This document shows, piece by piece, positions 1-13,842 of a stretch of 64,000 nucleotides of DNA. Source of the stretch: Octopus sinensis (lineage: Eukaryota). Location of the stretch: contig NC_043005.1 in the NCBI RefSeq assembly GCF_006345805.1, positions 18,166,001 to 18,230,000 on the forward strand, written 5' to 3'. Position 1 is the stretch's first letter, and each line of letters begins with the position of its first letter. Both the position numbers and the translations under genes were made by a program. Below the pieces are notes generated by a model. The model did no database searches, was not told the DNA's origin, and saw only the letters and a list, made by a program, of their open reading frames with translations.

Positions 1-142
1 TAAAATAAAAAAAAAAATGTAATATTATGCGGCAGATTTGATCTTTAAGGAAACGTCTAAAAGCACCAGCCATATAGGACCGCGTTAGCGGAGTATGTTG
101 GGTAAACTTGGTGTAGTCAGTATATATATGTGTGAGTGTGGA

Positions 143-374
143 GGCGGCGAGCTGGCAGACACGTTAGCATGCCGGGCGAAATGCTTAGCGGTATTTTCGT
201 CTATCGTTACGTTCTGAGTTCAAATTCCGCCGAGGTCGACTTTGCCTTTCATCCTTTCGGGGTCGATTAAATAAGTACCAGTTTTGCACTGGGGTCGATA
301 TAATCGACTTAATCCGTTTGTCTGTCTTTGTTTGTCCCCTCTATGTTTATCCCCTTGTGGGCAATAAAGAAATA
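143..374 (+). mobile_element. tRNA-derived SINE, family A (Deu/Nin-like central domain)
   Basis: Head GGCGGCGAGCTGGCAGA..GTTAGC..GTTCTGAGTTCAAATTCC (A/B-box-like), then GCCGAGGTCGACTTTGCCTTTCATCCTTTCGGGGTCGAT..AAGTACCAG. More than 15 copies occur in the window. The domain name is from recall of Deu/Nin SINEs. Confidence 0.8.
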
Positions 375-623
375 TATATGTGTCATTGTGTTGTGTGTAT
401 GTGTGTGTGTGTGTGTGTGTATGTATGTGTGTATGTGTGTGTGTGTGTGAAGAAGAAGAAGACACACACCCATATATATAAATATTCATACAGAGAGAAA
501 GAGAGAGATGGGGAGAGAAAGAGAGGGAGAGAGAGAAGGTAGGGGAAACATTGTACTTCATTATGCATTCCAACAATTTAGTTGAGAGCAAATATCCCGC
601 AGGAGTGTTCTGCATGCTAAATA

Positions 624-1394
624 CGAGGTAGTATCAAAAGGCTTCTGGACTAGTTATGCTTAATAAAGAATAACTTATTTACTCTAGTTTTAAGATCATT
701 TCCTTGGAAATAGTCACCTTGCGCAGCAATACGCAGTATTGTCGCCACATTTGGGATCCGGTTTGGAAGTCGTTTTCCGAAAGCGAGTGGATCTTCTGTG
801 ATACGCTCTGAATTTCAGCAGCAGTATTAAAATGGCGACTTTTGAGCTGCACTTTCATCTTGAGGAAGAGATGGAAGTCTGCAGGGGTTAATCTTGGCGA
901 ATAGGGTGGGTGCGAGAGCGTTACCATATTTTTGGGCGAGAAACTCATGAATCAGGAGAGCTTGGTGAAGAATCTAATTCTTCGCGCTCCACAGATCCGA
1001 TTGCTTTCACCGAATGTCCTCCTTCAAACTCTCGAAAACGTAGCAGTGGAATACTCGATTGACGTTCGGGCCCTGGGGCACGAATTCTCGATACACAATA
1101 CTACATTTCGGTGGGTGCCGCTCATGGCAGGCCTTCCAGATGGCTCATCATTTTCCAGGGACGTTCTTCCGCTTTTGAAGTGCTCGTGCCACTCGAAACA
1201 TTGCTTGTGACCCATTGCCTTGTCACCATAAACTTGTCGAAGCATGCTCAATGTTTTTGTAGCAGACTTCCAAAGTTTAACGTAAAATTCTATTTTGGCT
1301 CCTTGTTCCGACTTCCTGTCCATGACAAAAATCGCAGACTACAGCATAGATCTAATGACAAAAACACAGTGATATCACTCGGCACACTACCTCA
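624..1394 (-). mobile_element. Internally deleted mariner (Tc1/mariner) transposon remnant
   Basis: ORF 1024-1323 gives the mariner N-terminal HTH (IEFYVKLWKSATKTLSMLRQVYGD..CFEWHEHFKSGRTSLENDEPSGRP). ORF 679-948 gives the C-terminal HPPYSPRLTPADFHLFLKMK motif. Most of the catalytic domain is missing. Short imperfect termini: TA|CGAGGTAGT at 622-632 and ACTACCTCA at 1386-1394. Confidence 0.9.
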
Positions 1395-1516
1395 TGAAGG
1401 TCACTGCTAGCTCTCACTGCGCACAGAACCGTGTGCTGCTATCTGTTGGCGCGCTACAGAACTATTCCAGTAACCATTTGATACTAACTCATAATATAGT
1501 GACACGCACACACGCA

Positions 1517-1555
<39 letters not shown>

Positions 1556-3116
1556 CATAAAAACACGCGCGCACGCACATGTAGAATGTGAGCCATTGTC
1601 TCATATTTGATCCACTTGGAACGATGATTATCTCAGAATGATTATTGGCATTCATCGCCATTCTAATATGAAGGTCACCGATCGAAGCTCATTGTTTCCC
1701 GAAACTACATCCGTAATTTAGACGTCTGTGGAAATATTGCTATAATGTTTAGAGAACATCACTTCCTCCACTGAACAGCATAATCATAACCATATTTTCC
1801 ACAGACTTCACTTCAGCAACAAATTTTGTAGAAAACAAACTATTTCTCCGCTGAAGATATTGACCTTGGTATATAAAGTTTTCTTTTCATTGCAACAGAT
1901 AGCACCTCAGATTCATTTTCTCTGTTGTCTGTAAAATTAAAATTGATCTGGCAATTCTTAGCATTGTTATATCCTCAAGACAAAACAACACAAATCTTCT
2001 GTTCATATAAGACGTAGAAAATTATATTTGGAAATATAGCCGCTGTCGTTTAGTCTCAAGGTCAACATTCATCAAACGAACCTATGATTAAATGCTGTCT
2101 AGACTTAAGCATCATGTATCTACGACTACGTTGTCCAATGTCTCCTTTCTTTCATTTTGTTAAAATGGTAGGCTATAAACTGAGGGAGATTTACCTGTTA
2201 TTTGTAACAGGCAGGGCTGCTACGTAGAAGCTTAAGTTTTGACTCATCAGCATCCTCTTCCGAGACGCCATCTCCAAAAGATATATTTTTACACAGATAA
2301 AATACGTGGATGATGAATGAGCCGTACATTACAAGAAGAAACTCTGGTTTTACTTCGGCATAGAAGTTAATGCATTTTTAAAGTTATCTTCCATTGAGTG
2401 ATCTGCTTTTTTTACATTGCAGCAAATACACATTAAGCCCTTAGAATTTATGCCTGATTGTATTGTGTATATATTTGTAATGCCCGAAAGTTTTGGAATG
2501 AAGCTGAAACTTATTTCTACGTCCGCTTTCACAGAAACGTTAAACAAAGGAACGCTATTATCGTCCGGCATTTTTGTAGTTTTCTAAATAAAAGATTATA
2601 GCAGATAATGCTTCTCTTTCAGGTGCTCTATTATATTTCATTCAGATTTATATTATTTTTTTTTCTCTAGCATGTAAGCTGCCTGCGAGAGATTTATTAT
2701 AGAATTTTGAAACCATGCTCTAAATTGACTCATCTGAACTGTGAGCCATGTAACCCACACTGCTTGAATATTTTGGCTTACTGACTGTTTTTAGACTGAC
2801 TAAATATGAAGTCAGGTCATGTCTGAAGTGCAATTGATCGTAAGATGGCTCAAACTAGGATGACCTGGGTTTAAATAAGATGAACTTATTTTGAGAGTCG
2901 AATTGCAAGAGAAGTTTGTTAACGAATTTACACAGTCAACCGTCCTGAGCCTATATGCATAGGTTCGCCGGTCTTTACAGAGAAGAACCTCATTTAGCTA
3001 TAAAATCTATCTGCACAGCAGATAAATGTACACATGCAAATTTAAATAGAAATTCACCCACAAACACTCTTTATTAGTGATTTTGTTAATTAATATATAA
3101 CTTTCACGAAGTGATG

Positions 3117-3225
<109 letters not shown>

Positions 3226-3226
3226 T

Positions 3227-3625
3227 ACTTTAGGCACAAGGCCCGAAATTTTGCGGGAGGGGACCAGTCAATTAGATCGACTCCAGTACACAGCTGGTAC
3301 TTAATTTATCCACCCCGAAAGGATGAAAGCTAAATTCGACCTCGGCGGAATTTGAACTCAGAACGTAACGAGAGACGAAATGCCGCTGAGCATTTTACCC
3401 GGCATGCTAAAGCTTCTGCCAGCTCACTGCCTCCCAATTGTTTTGGGAAGGGGGCCAGTCGATTAGATCGACATCAGTACACAACTGGTACTTAATTTAT
3501 CGACCCCGAAAGGATGAAAGGCAAAGTCGACCTCGGCAGAATTTGAACTCAGAACGTAAAGACAGACGAAACACTGCTAAGCATTTCGCGCGTCGTGCTA
3601 ACATTTCTGTCAGCTCACCGCCTTG
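3227..3625 (-). mobile_element. Two adjacent family A SINE copies
   Basis: Two reverse-complement matches to the family A body (about 3227-3432 and 3440-3625). Confidence 0.8.
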
Positions 3626-3712
3626 TTAGATTTAATATTATGTGTTGTTTACTGATATATATATGTATATATATATGTGTGTATATGTATGTATATATAT
3701 ATTTTTCTTTTT

Positions 3713-3919
3713 CTTGTTACAGTCATTTTGACTGCGGCCATGCTGGAGCACCGCCTTTAATCGAGCAACTCGACTCCGGGACTTATTCTTTTGTAAGCCC
3801 AATACTTATTCTATCGGTCTCTTTTGCCGAACCGCTAATGTAACGGGGACATAAACACATCAACATCGGTTGTCAAGCAATGCTAGGGGGACAAACACAG
3901 ACACATAAATACACACACG

Positions 3920-3957
<38 letters not shown>

Positions 3958-4098
3958 CGACGGGCTTCTTTCAGTTTCCGTCTACCAAATCCCCTCACAA
4001 GGCTTTGGTCGGCCCGAAGCTATAGCAGAAGACACTTGCCCAAGGGACTGAACCCGGAACCATGTGGCTGGTTAGCAAGCTACTTACCACACAGCCAC
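3713..4098 (-). mobile_element. tRNA-derived SINE, family B (CORE-like), with internal (CA)/(TA) microsatellite
   Basis: The minus strand reads GGCTGTGTGGTAAGTAGCTTGC..GGTTCCGGGTTCAGTCCC..TTGGGCAAGTGTCTTCT.., then a microsatellite, then the tail GGCGGTGCTCCAGCATGGCCGCAGTC. CCTTGGGCAAGT resembles the start of the CORE domain. Confidence 0.8.
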
Positions 4099-5900
4099 AT
4101 ATATATATATCAGTTCAGGTAAAATTTCCTAACCAGCTTGTAAAAACAGGAAAAATTAGATTGCTTTTCAGAGATTGGCTTGTGTTTTGATCTTGATATA
4201 TATTAGTACTCCTAGGTTATATTGCATATTTATTAAACGTATTCCAAATTTAACTATATTTGCGACGTATTCACAAACATTACGTAGAAGTACCTTGTTT
4301 TGCATACACCCAGGTACACATCGATATATCATATTTATTGTATATAAACCATTGTTAGGCTGGTTACTGTGGTGTTCATCCGAAGGTAATATTTCTTATG
4401 GACATGGTGTGTAAAAATACAACGGATATCGGGGTAGTGGGGAGAAAATTGTCCCAGTAACGGGTATCAAGAACGCGAGATCACTTTCGACCTTTTTGGG
4501 TCTTTCCTATGACATCTACCGGCAGCCGAGATATTCTTGGATGAGGTTTTTGTCGCTTTCCATACAAGTAACAGTGGAGACGGCAAACTCAAACTGAGGC
4601 AGTATCAAATTAAAATTTCCATTTCTTTCATACTTAATATGTATATGTATATATATATACGTATGTATATATATATATATATATATAGTAGAAATATGTT
4701 ACGAAAAGAAAATACACGTGGGAATGTAAGGGTAAAATATGAAAAATCAACGAAAATGCATATTGCAAATAGAAAAAGGCTATTTATGACAGGGAACGAC
4801 AACTATATACATTTAGATTGACTGAGGTAGTAATACGAGTCATAAAAGTCATTATTATGAGATGATTATAAGATGATAATAAAGTAAGAGAACAAAACGA
4901 ACCAGTGGTTTACGCAAAGCTATTCATCGTTTGAACAACACCGGTTAATATATATATATTATATATATATATCTATATATATATATATATTATATATATA
5001 TTATATATATATATATATTATATATATATATATATATATACATATATGTGTATGTATGTGTGTGTATGTATTATGATATTGCTGTATACAATACTCAGAT
5101 GCATTGCAACTACAAAAAGAGAAGAAACAGGGATGGAAATCATCAGGTGTACTGTTGCATAGAAGTTTTGAAGGATGTAGTATCTCGACAGTTAAGAACT
5201 GACGCAGGTAGTTTACTCCATAATTCATATATATATATATATTAATGAATCCATAAAGTCATGTAAAACACCCAGAGGTATATTGTTTCCCCTCTGAAGA
5301 TAGTATGCACAGGTCCTATAAATATAATATTCATTTAAAATACCATCAATAGTTACTTAAAATGATGGATTCTCTTGTCGTGAACTAAAAATGAGAGCTC
5401 GGTAAAATAAAGCGTTGATCATGTTTTATGGACACGAATGTGTGTCTTTTGACACATTCACACGTTTATACAAACATATTTAAGTGAAAAATCGAAAGTA
5501 ACCCCCCAATACAATTAATTACAGTCTGACTCAGTTCCGCATGGCGAGTGTAGAACACGCCTAAATCTCCAGATTTTCGGTGCTTTTGATGATGTTTGCT
5601 TTTTACGTAATGTGGGTTCGAGTCAAATTGTTATCGTGTTTTGAATTATAAGCAGTTTGATGTTTTCAGTGTTTTATAACAATCGGTGTTTAAAGTGTCG
5701 GTGTTCTCTTTCCCTTTCAACCCTACAAGTAATAAGCACATAAACTAAACACATGCATTAGGAATGTGACATTGGTATTGTGTGGTAAGAAGCTTGCTTT
5801 TCAACCACATGGTTCCGGGTTCAGTCCTACTGCGTGGCACCATAGGCAAGTGTCTTCTACTATAGTGGATTTGGTAAACAGAACCTGAAAGAAGCCCGTC

Positions 5901-5948
<48 letters not shown>

Positions 5949-6612
5949 GTGTGTGTGTGTGTGTTACAATTAATAAGAGGAATGACCACTAAAGTGGATT
6001 CCTAGACGCTAGAAATAGACGTCAAATCGCCTTACTACAAAGAGTGTGTTCTCAAGCAAAAAAAATAACAAATAAACAAAAACAGCAAACGCCAAAATGT
6101 AAAAAATAAGCAAGGCAAATGAAAATTTACAAAATAAAACGTTTATCTACGTATCGTGATTTCATTATTAATACATGCAAAATCCAAAATGCAGGTATCT
6201 GTAAATCCGCAGCGTAGCCTGTCGTATTTCAAAACATATTTCCCAGAACTAGACACAGAAACGTTTTCCCGAAAGAAAACTCATGTACAGTTCTACAATA
6301 TATATTTGTGTTATTTTTCAAATGGCTTCATTTTGGCACGCCACTGCCGGAAATAACCCTGCAGATAATAAATTACCGCAGTTAATTTACCGTTTTGAGA
6401 ACATTGATATTTTAAAATTAAAATTACCCTCATTATTTTAATTATATATATATATATATAAATATATATATAATATATATGTATATATATAAATATATAT
6501 ATATATATATGTATATATACTTTGATACTTTGATAGGTTTCGGCCATTATTGGCCCAGGCCATGTCTAACTTAATAGCACCACCATATATAAATATATAT
6601 ATATATATATAC

Positions 6613-6660
<48 letters not shown>

Positions 6661-7093
6661 GTATGTATATATATAACGGGAAGCTTTATGAAAATAAACA
6701 AAAGACGAAGGCAGGTGGAATATAAACAAACAATTGTATTAGTATGGCGCTCAGGAATATAAATAAAACAAGTCTTGTAGGGATGCACGTATAGAATGTG
6801 TGTGTGTATATATTTATTTCATGATTTTGACCTGTTAGAAGAACCCCAAGATTAAAAAGACTAAAAATGAAATATACAGAAATGTCAAAGGCTAATTCTG
6901 GAGACTGAATCTCAGAAATGAGTTGACAAAGAAACGCAGCAAATGGCGAAGTGCTGTGTTATGGGAAGGACCTATGAAATCCATGCAGACCAGGAAGAGG
7001 GGACGTGAAAAGAATGCTATGTAATTAAGTATACGCGAGTGTCCTCGTTTGCACGTATGTGTGCATTTGTGTGTGAGAGAGTGCGAATATGTG

Positions 7094-7163
<70 letters not shown>

Positions 7164-7699
7164 CATATGTACAAACGGAAAAATAATATTGAATACTTGT
7201 AATAAAATTTATATATTATTTGAATAAGAGCCATCAATTAAATGAATGCAGACGCACGCACACACACACACACACACACACACATACATGCACTCTCTGT
7301 CTGTCTCTCTCTGTCTCTCTATTGCACACGATTACACACACTTATAGACACCTGTATGTATACACAGACATATTCGCACCAGATGCTGTCATACACAAAT
7401 ACAGTTGCGTACATACGCATACATGCAACATCATACATTGGCATGCAGGCATACATGCACACAGACACACGCATACGTCACATTCACATTACATCGCTTG
7501 CCTACACGCATATACACTGGTACACACCCATATACGCATACGCAACTATAAAGAAACTAAACTCTGAGATCAAACCGAAATTAAGAGATCAAACATAGCC
7601 TTCATTATCGATTAGTTAAAGTCTTCCTTTTCTTTATTGATTAACTGTATCAAATACCTCAGTTAAATATACTTTTACATGCCCTGCTATGCTCTTTAC

Positions 7700-8330
7700 T
7701 GTTGTTACTAGTCTTATGTTGTTTTTTCTCTCTGTTTTGCTGCTGTGTTTGATGTGTTGTTGTTGCTACAGTTATTTCTGCTTATATGTTTGTTGTTGTT
7801 CTAACTAGTGTTCGTATTAATATCACAGTTGTTCTGGATGTTATAACAGTTGTTGTTATTGCAGTTGTAGTTGGTTTTGATATTACGAACGTTATTGTTG
7901 TTACAGTGCTCTCTGTCATGTTACTGTTGTTTTTGTGGACGTTACTGTTATTCATGTTGATGAAGTTACTGTTGCTCTTGTGTTATCACCGTGGCTATTA
8001 GTTTCTGTGTGGTTCGGATTATTACTGTTGTTTATATTACTACGGTTGATGTGGATGTTATTGCAGCTGTTGATATTACTGCATTTGCTGTTGTTAACAT
8101 TACTGCCGTTGCTAATATTACAGAAGCTGCAGTCGCTGATGATATTGACCGTGTTGTGGCTGATGTTGCTCTGATCGTTGTAGTTGATGTTATTGCTGGT
8201 GTCATTGACCATATCATCGTGGTTATTTTTAAATACTGCTAATGTTTCTACTGTTGCTTTCTGCAATTGTAATTGTTGTTCATACTCTGAATCAAGCAGT
8301 CGATGTTGCCCTTGTTATTGCTCTTATGTC
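7700..8330. repeat. Degenerate (GTT/GCT)-rich low-complexity tract
   Basis: Decayed GTT triplets produce spurious V/L/N/T-rich ORFs on both strands. Confidence 0.7.
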
Positions 8331-9213
8331 CAACTCATGCTTAATTCAGTAGATCTACAATGAAAACCCTTATAGTCGTGGCCATCCAATCTTACTTCTA
8401 TTATCAAACAGTGTTTATCCAGATCCATTGTATCAAATGCATATTTTCCCTCAAGCGACAGCTCAGTGGGATTTCTTATTGGCTCTACACGCCTTTAAAG
8501 TTTGGTGGTGACCATTGCGGGAGCGGACGAGGTGAACTCGGAACACTTAAGCTATGTTCCTAATATAATGTTTTAGGCTAATGGCGTTCCTGATGTTAGT
8601 AGTTTTTCTACAGAGTGTCTGTGTTTCATTGTGAATGCGTCTGGCCAAGTAAACAGCATATCGGTTTCACAATGGTGGGTGGATCTTCAAGTTGCCACAC
8701 GCATTCTTAGTAGCTTAAAGTAGGCTCGAATTAAAGATTATTCTTTGTGGCTAATGGCGGGTGTCCTGATTGGAAGAAGAAGAAAGAAGAAGACATCAGC
8801 AATAACATCAGCTGCAAATGAGTAGCAGTAGAACCTAGGGTTTTACCCTGTGACTGACAGGCATCCTGTAACGGTAGAGGGATTCTTGTATACTCAGGCT
8901 AAAACACTTGGAAAACCTAAATAAACTCCGACCACATAAACTTGTAAGATCGAGATAGATAAGATTTGGACATTTTTAACGTGTTCCTTCTATAATTGTT
9001 TGGATTACTTAGGTAAGCACGTGATTCCAAAATGCCGTTGCACTTGTGTTTTTGCATCAGTGAGTAATTGTGACCAATAATAATAGGGATTGTGAGATTG
9101 AGACAACTGAAATTCACTGCGACAACAAATACTGCTTGTCATACATTACTATGATATGTGTGTAGATTTGATGATGCGTGGTGAATTTGTTTTGTAATGT
9201 TTATTGCTTACTA

Positions 9214-10030
9214 AGGCGGCGATCGGGCAGAAACGTCAGCACGCTGGACGAAATACTTAGCGGGATTTCGCCCGTCGCTACACTCTGAGATCAAATTCTG
9301 CCGAGGTCGACTTTGCCATTCATCCTTTCGACGAAGTAAGTACCAGTTACGCACTGGAGTCGATGAAAGAGTCCATTCCCCTCCCCCAATTTTCAGGCCT
9401 TGTGCCTATAGTAGAAAAGAATATTTTTAAAGGTGGCGAGCTGGAAGAAACGTTACCATGTTGGGCGAAATGCTAAGCGGTATTTCGTCTGTCTTTACGT
9501 TCTGAGTTCAAATTTCGCCAAGGTCGACTTTGCCTTTCACCATTTCGGGTTCGATAAATTAAGTACCAGTTACGAACTAGGGTCGATATAATCGACTTAA
9601 TCTGTTTGTCCTCTCTGAGTTTAGCCCCTTGTGGGAAGTAAAGAAATAGGTATTTCGTCTGTCTTTACGTTCTGAGTGCAAATTCCGCTGAGGTTGACTT
9701 TACCTTTCATCCTTTTGCGGTCGATAAATTAAGTACCAGTAACGCACTGGGGTCAATGTAATCGACTTAATCCCTTTGCCTGGCCTTGTTTGTCACCTCT
9801 GTGTTTAACCCCTTGTGGGCAATAAAGAAGTAAGAAACGTTAGCATGCCGGGCGAAACACGGTATTTCGTCTGTCTTTAATTTCTGAGTTCAAATTCCTC
9901 CGAGGTCGACTTTACCTTTCATCCTTTCGGTGTCGATAAATTAAAAATACCAGTTGCGCACTGGGTTCGATCTAATCGACCGGTCGTCTCCCCCGAAATT
10001 TCGAGCCTTGGGCCTAGAGCAGGAAAGAGT
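9214..10030 (+). mobile_element. Head-to-tail array of four family A SINE units
   Basis: Units start near 9214, 9431, 9650 (headless, begins GGTATTTCGTCTG) and 9833. Confidence 0.8.
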
Positions 10031-10555
10031 ATTTATTGCTTATTATCTATAAAATTTCTTAGTAGATAAGAAAATTGTAGGCAAATCCCTTATCATATGC
10101 TTTCATCATTTACCTTTTTTCAGTCATTGGAATGCGGCCATGCTGGGGCACCGTCTTATTTTTTAAAGTCTAGTAGTTATACAAAGTTAATGAAGCCAGA
10201 AAGTCCTCTTTCTTTCTTTGACCAAGCCTCCAAAAATTCGCCATACATATACACACATGCACACACACACACACATACACACACACACAGAGACACAGAT
10301 ATATATATATATATACAAAGATATATAGTAGTAGTAGTAGTAGTAATAGTAGTAGTAGATATGATTGTTTTTCATATAGAAAAGAACAGTGTAGTTGGTG
10401 TCGCTGTCGCAGTTATTGTTTTTGTGGTATTGTTGATGTTGTTTGGACCCCAGGCCATCGTTGACCAAGCAAGTCCTTTGATCAAAGACTAGAGACACTA
10501 GATTGGAATAAATTCATGGAAACATACATACATACATATATACATACATATATAT

Positions 10556-10609
<54 letters not shown>

Positions 10610-10776
10610 TATCCTCGTCTGATAACATCAAAAGGAAGCAACTGAAGTTCCTTGTTTCTGTTTATCTTACGAGAACTGAAAATACTTCCTGTTGAAGTTT
10701 TCACTTATGCACACATACATGCATAAAGGCATACCTACAAGTATACATACGTATATGTATGAATATATATATATAT

Positions 10777-10822
<46 letters not shown>

Positions 10823-10824
10823 AT

Positions 10825-10874
<50 letters not shown>

Positions 10875-10903
10875 ATTTATATGTATATATATATATATAA
10901 TAT

Positions 10904-10934
<31 letters not shown>

Positions 10935-11680
10935 GTGTGTGTGGTGTGTGTGTGTGTGTGTGTATACTTCTGTATATGTAAGCATTATAAATTTAATCTA
11001 CTTGACGTAAATTATATATATAACTTTTATGTAGGAAATTTTCAAATGCACTCAGCATACAGAGTGAATGAATGTGTTATTTAAAACTTATAAAATAGAA
11101 CAAGGATACATACCAAACCTAACAACAATTGTTATGTATAGAAAAGAAATATCAAAAGTAACTGACAGGAAATATTACAGACATATCAAACGGTAAAACC
11201 CTTATCGACCCGAAGCGGAAATCAAGCAAGCCACTGAATGTACGTCTGTTATCCAATGTAATACACAACTTTCGTATAAAAATGAAAGTCGTAGACTTCA
11301 TTATTTACAAGAGATTATATACGGTTACATTAGAAACGTTAGTACAATGTCTTCTGGTTCACTGAATATGCATTTGAAATAAGGTTCCACCAAAAACTGA
11401 TGAACACAGTATGTGATACGTCATTAAATAGAAAGGTATTAGTCGACAGCTCTATAAGTTTGAATAGGATTCTCTCCAAAGATGAGAAAAATAACGAAGG
11501 AAGCTTTACTAATAGAAGAATAGACAAACTTAAAAATAAACAATTAGAAATCTATACCACATGTGAAATAAATTTATACCACATGTATATCATATGTGAA
11601 ATAAATGATGACATTTACCATGATTTTACCGTTCTGTAATTTTAGACTGCGATGTTGACAACTTTATTGACCATAAGAAT

Positions 11681-12129
11681 ATTTGGATCTTTTCGGTTTG
11701 AATGGCAGTTTTTAACATAATTTCTAGGTAACTAAAAAATTTTAGACTTCGTATACTGGTAGAATGTGTTTATAAAACATCTTTTTCTCTTGGCTTTATT
11801 GAGAAAATTCTATAGTCTGTAAGATATTTGTGTTTTTTTCTTCAATTTCTGCAATTTCAACCAATCACTGACGTCTATTGAGGTAAAAAAAAACATTCTG
11901 TACCTTATGAATATGTCCCCCGTTTAAGAAACAGATTGGGTTTATTTACATTTGTGAAGAAAAAAAGATAGCCTTCCCCCACCCTTACCCTAAGCCTAAC
12001 TAACCCTAACTAACCTTAACCCTAAAAGAGATTGAAATGCAATAGATCGATACTAGGGTCATAATTATGGGTGACAATTTCATAGAAAAAACTAGAAAAA
12101 ACTGCCGTTCAAACCGAAAAGATCTGAAT
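11681..12129. mobile_element. MITE-like element with ~33-bp terminal inverted repeats
   Basis: ATTTGGATCTTTTCGGTTTGAATGGCAGTTTTT (11681) pairs with AAAAACTGCCGTTCAAACCGAAAAGATCTGAAT (ends 12129). No coding capacity. Confidence 0.75.
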
Positions 12130-12429
12130 ATTTTGAAGAACCGTTGTAGAGTGCTGCAAAGTTAGCAAATAACACACCATTAATATCGATACTCTATTCT
12201 GACGATGATACCGGAAAAGATTTGAAATCTTAATAGACAAATAGATTTAAGAACATTACATCTGTAAGCAATTCATAAAGGACTAAGAAGGAAATAGGAA
12301 AGCTTCCTTGCACGAGAGATTAAATTCGAATACAATCGTGTTTTTAATGCAATATCTTTGAAAAGAAAGTTCTCACGGTTGACATACGCACACACACACA
12401 CACACACACACGCATAGATATATATTTAC

Positions 12430-12479
12430 ATACATACACACATACACATGCTAGATACACATGCAGACAGGCATAGGTA

Positions 12480-12515
<36 letters not shown>

Positions 12516-12635
12516 TATATATACTCTCACACGCAAACACATGTATAGATACATACACACACAATACATAAATATATACATAGATACACACATGCACACA
12601 TATATTAGATATACATACACAATTACATAGATGCT

Positions 12636-12667
<32 letters not shown>

Positions 12668-13115
12668 CTTTCACACGCGCACACATGTATAGATACATAC
12701 ATACACAATACATATATATATATATACATAGATACACACATATATTAGATATACATACACACATACATAGATACTCACACACACACATATATATATATAC
12801 TCTCACACGCACACACATATATATATATAGATACATACACACACAATACATATATATATACATAGATTCACACATGCACAGATATATATGGTATACATAC
12901 ACACATACATAGACACTCGCTCACACACACATATATAGATACTCTCACACGCACACATATATATATATATAGATACATACACACACAATACATATATATA
13001 CACAGATACACACACATATATGATATACATACACACATTCATAGACACTCGCTCACACACATATGGCTACATACATACACACACACACATATATGTGTAT
13101 ATATATATATATATA
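12430..13115. repeat. Higher-order tandem repeat (~130-145-bp units) built from compound CA/TA microsatellites
   Basis: The motif (CT)CACACGC..ATAGATACATACACACACAATACAT recurs near 12525, 12670, 12800 and 12942. Confidence 0.65.
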
Positions 13116-13337
13116 TATACACACACGTATATAAATGATGAATGCGTCATCTTGTCAGGTCTTAGACATCGCAGACCCGTACATCAATGGATTATAATGA
13201 CATACGCTTGTACAACATATATTTCATTCTCTAAGTATCCACAGTTGAAAATCTCTCTCTCTCTCCCCTCTCTCCTTTTATGCATTGATGTGTGTGTATA
13301 TTTGTGTGCTTGTGTGTGTGCGCGTGCGTGTGAATGT

Positions 13338-13368
<31 letters not shown>

Positions 13369-13842
13369 GATGACATAGACTTAGGTACGGAACAATGCCG
13401 TGTCGCAGTTACAGTGCCTCTCTTCATATTCTTGCTGTTGTATCTCAGACAAACAACGACAACATTTAGTACGCGGGTTTCCTCATAAAATGTGCAAATA
13501 CACGTATGTGTACTTGTGCAACCGCACAGATCGCACGTAAATTTCGTCATTTTATGCAAATGTATGGGCATCCTTCGAGTAACCGTCTGTCAAATTTCTT
13601 CAATTAAAAAGAAAAAAATTCTGATTTCATTTTGTAAACCAAGTTCATTCACATTTTTTCCCAATTCTTAGTTGCAGAACATTTCCGCGGTACACACAAA
13701 TGCGCAGCTTACAGTGAACACTATACATAACGAAAAATATTGATCAATGCTCCACAAATTATATCCATCAACACCTTACGTGAAAGAAAGCGAGGAATGT
13801 TAGACAAACATGTCAATCGACAGAACTTTTCTTTTAAAATAT

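Noticed and set aside
143-230. tRNA genes at SINE heads (also 48940-48997 and family B heads)
   Set aside because: They have A/B-box-like motifs but no complete cloverleaf, and they continue into SINE bodies.
2240-2262. Minus-strand CTGATGAGTC; also CTGATGA at 11398 and CTGAAGAGGC at ~62686 and ~63105
   Set aside because: No properly placed GAAA or supporting helices.
8500-8900. Possible Gypsy pol remnant on the minus strand (MKHRH..TSGTP..LKCSEF)
   Set aside because: The similarity is too short and vague, and no LTRs were found.
12194-12236. CTATT-CTGACGA..GAAATCTT-AATAG as an active hammerhead
   Set aside because: Helix I is perfect, but helices II and III are degraded; counted only as a probable relic.
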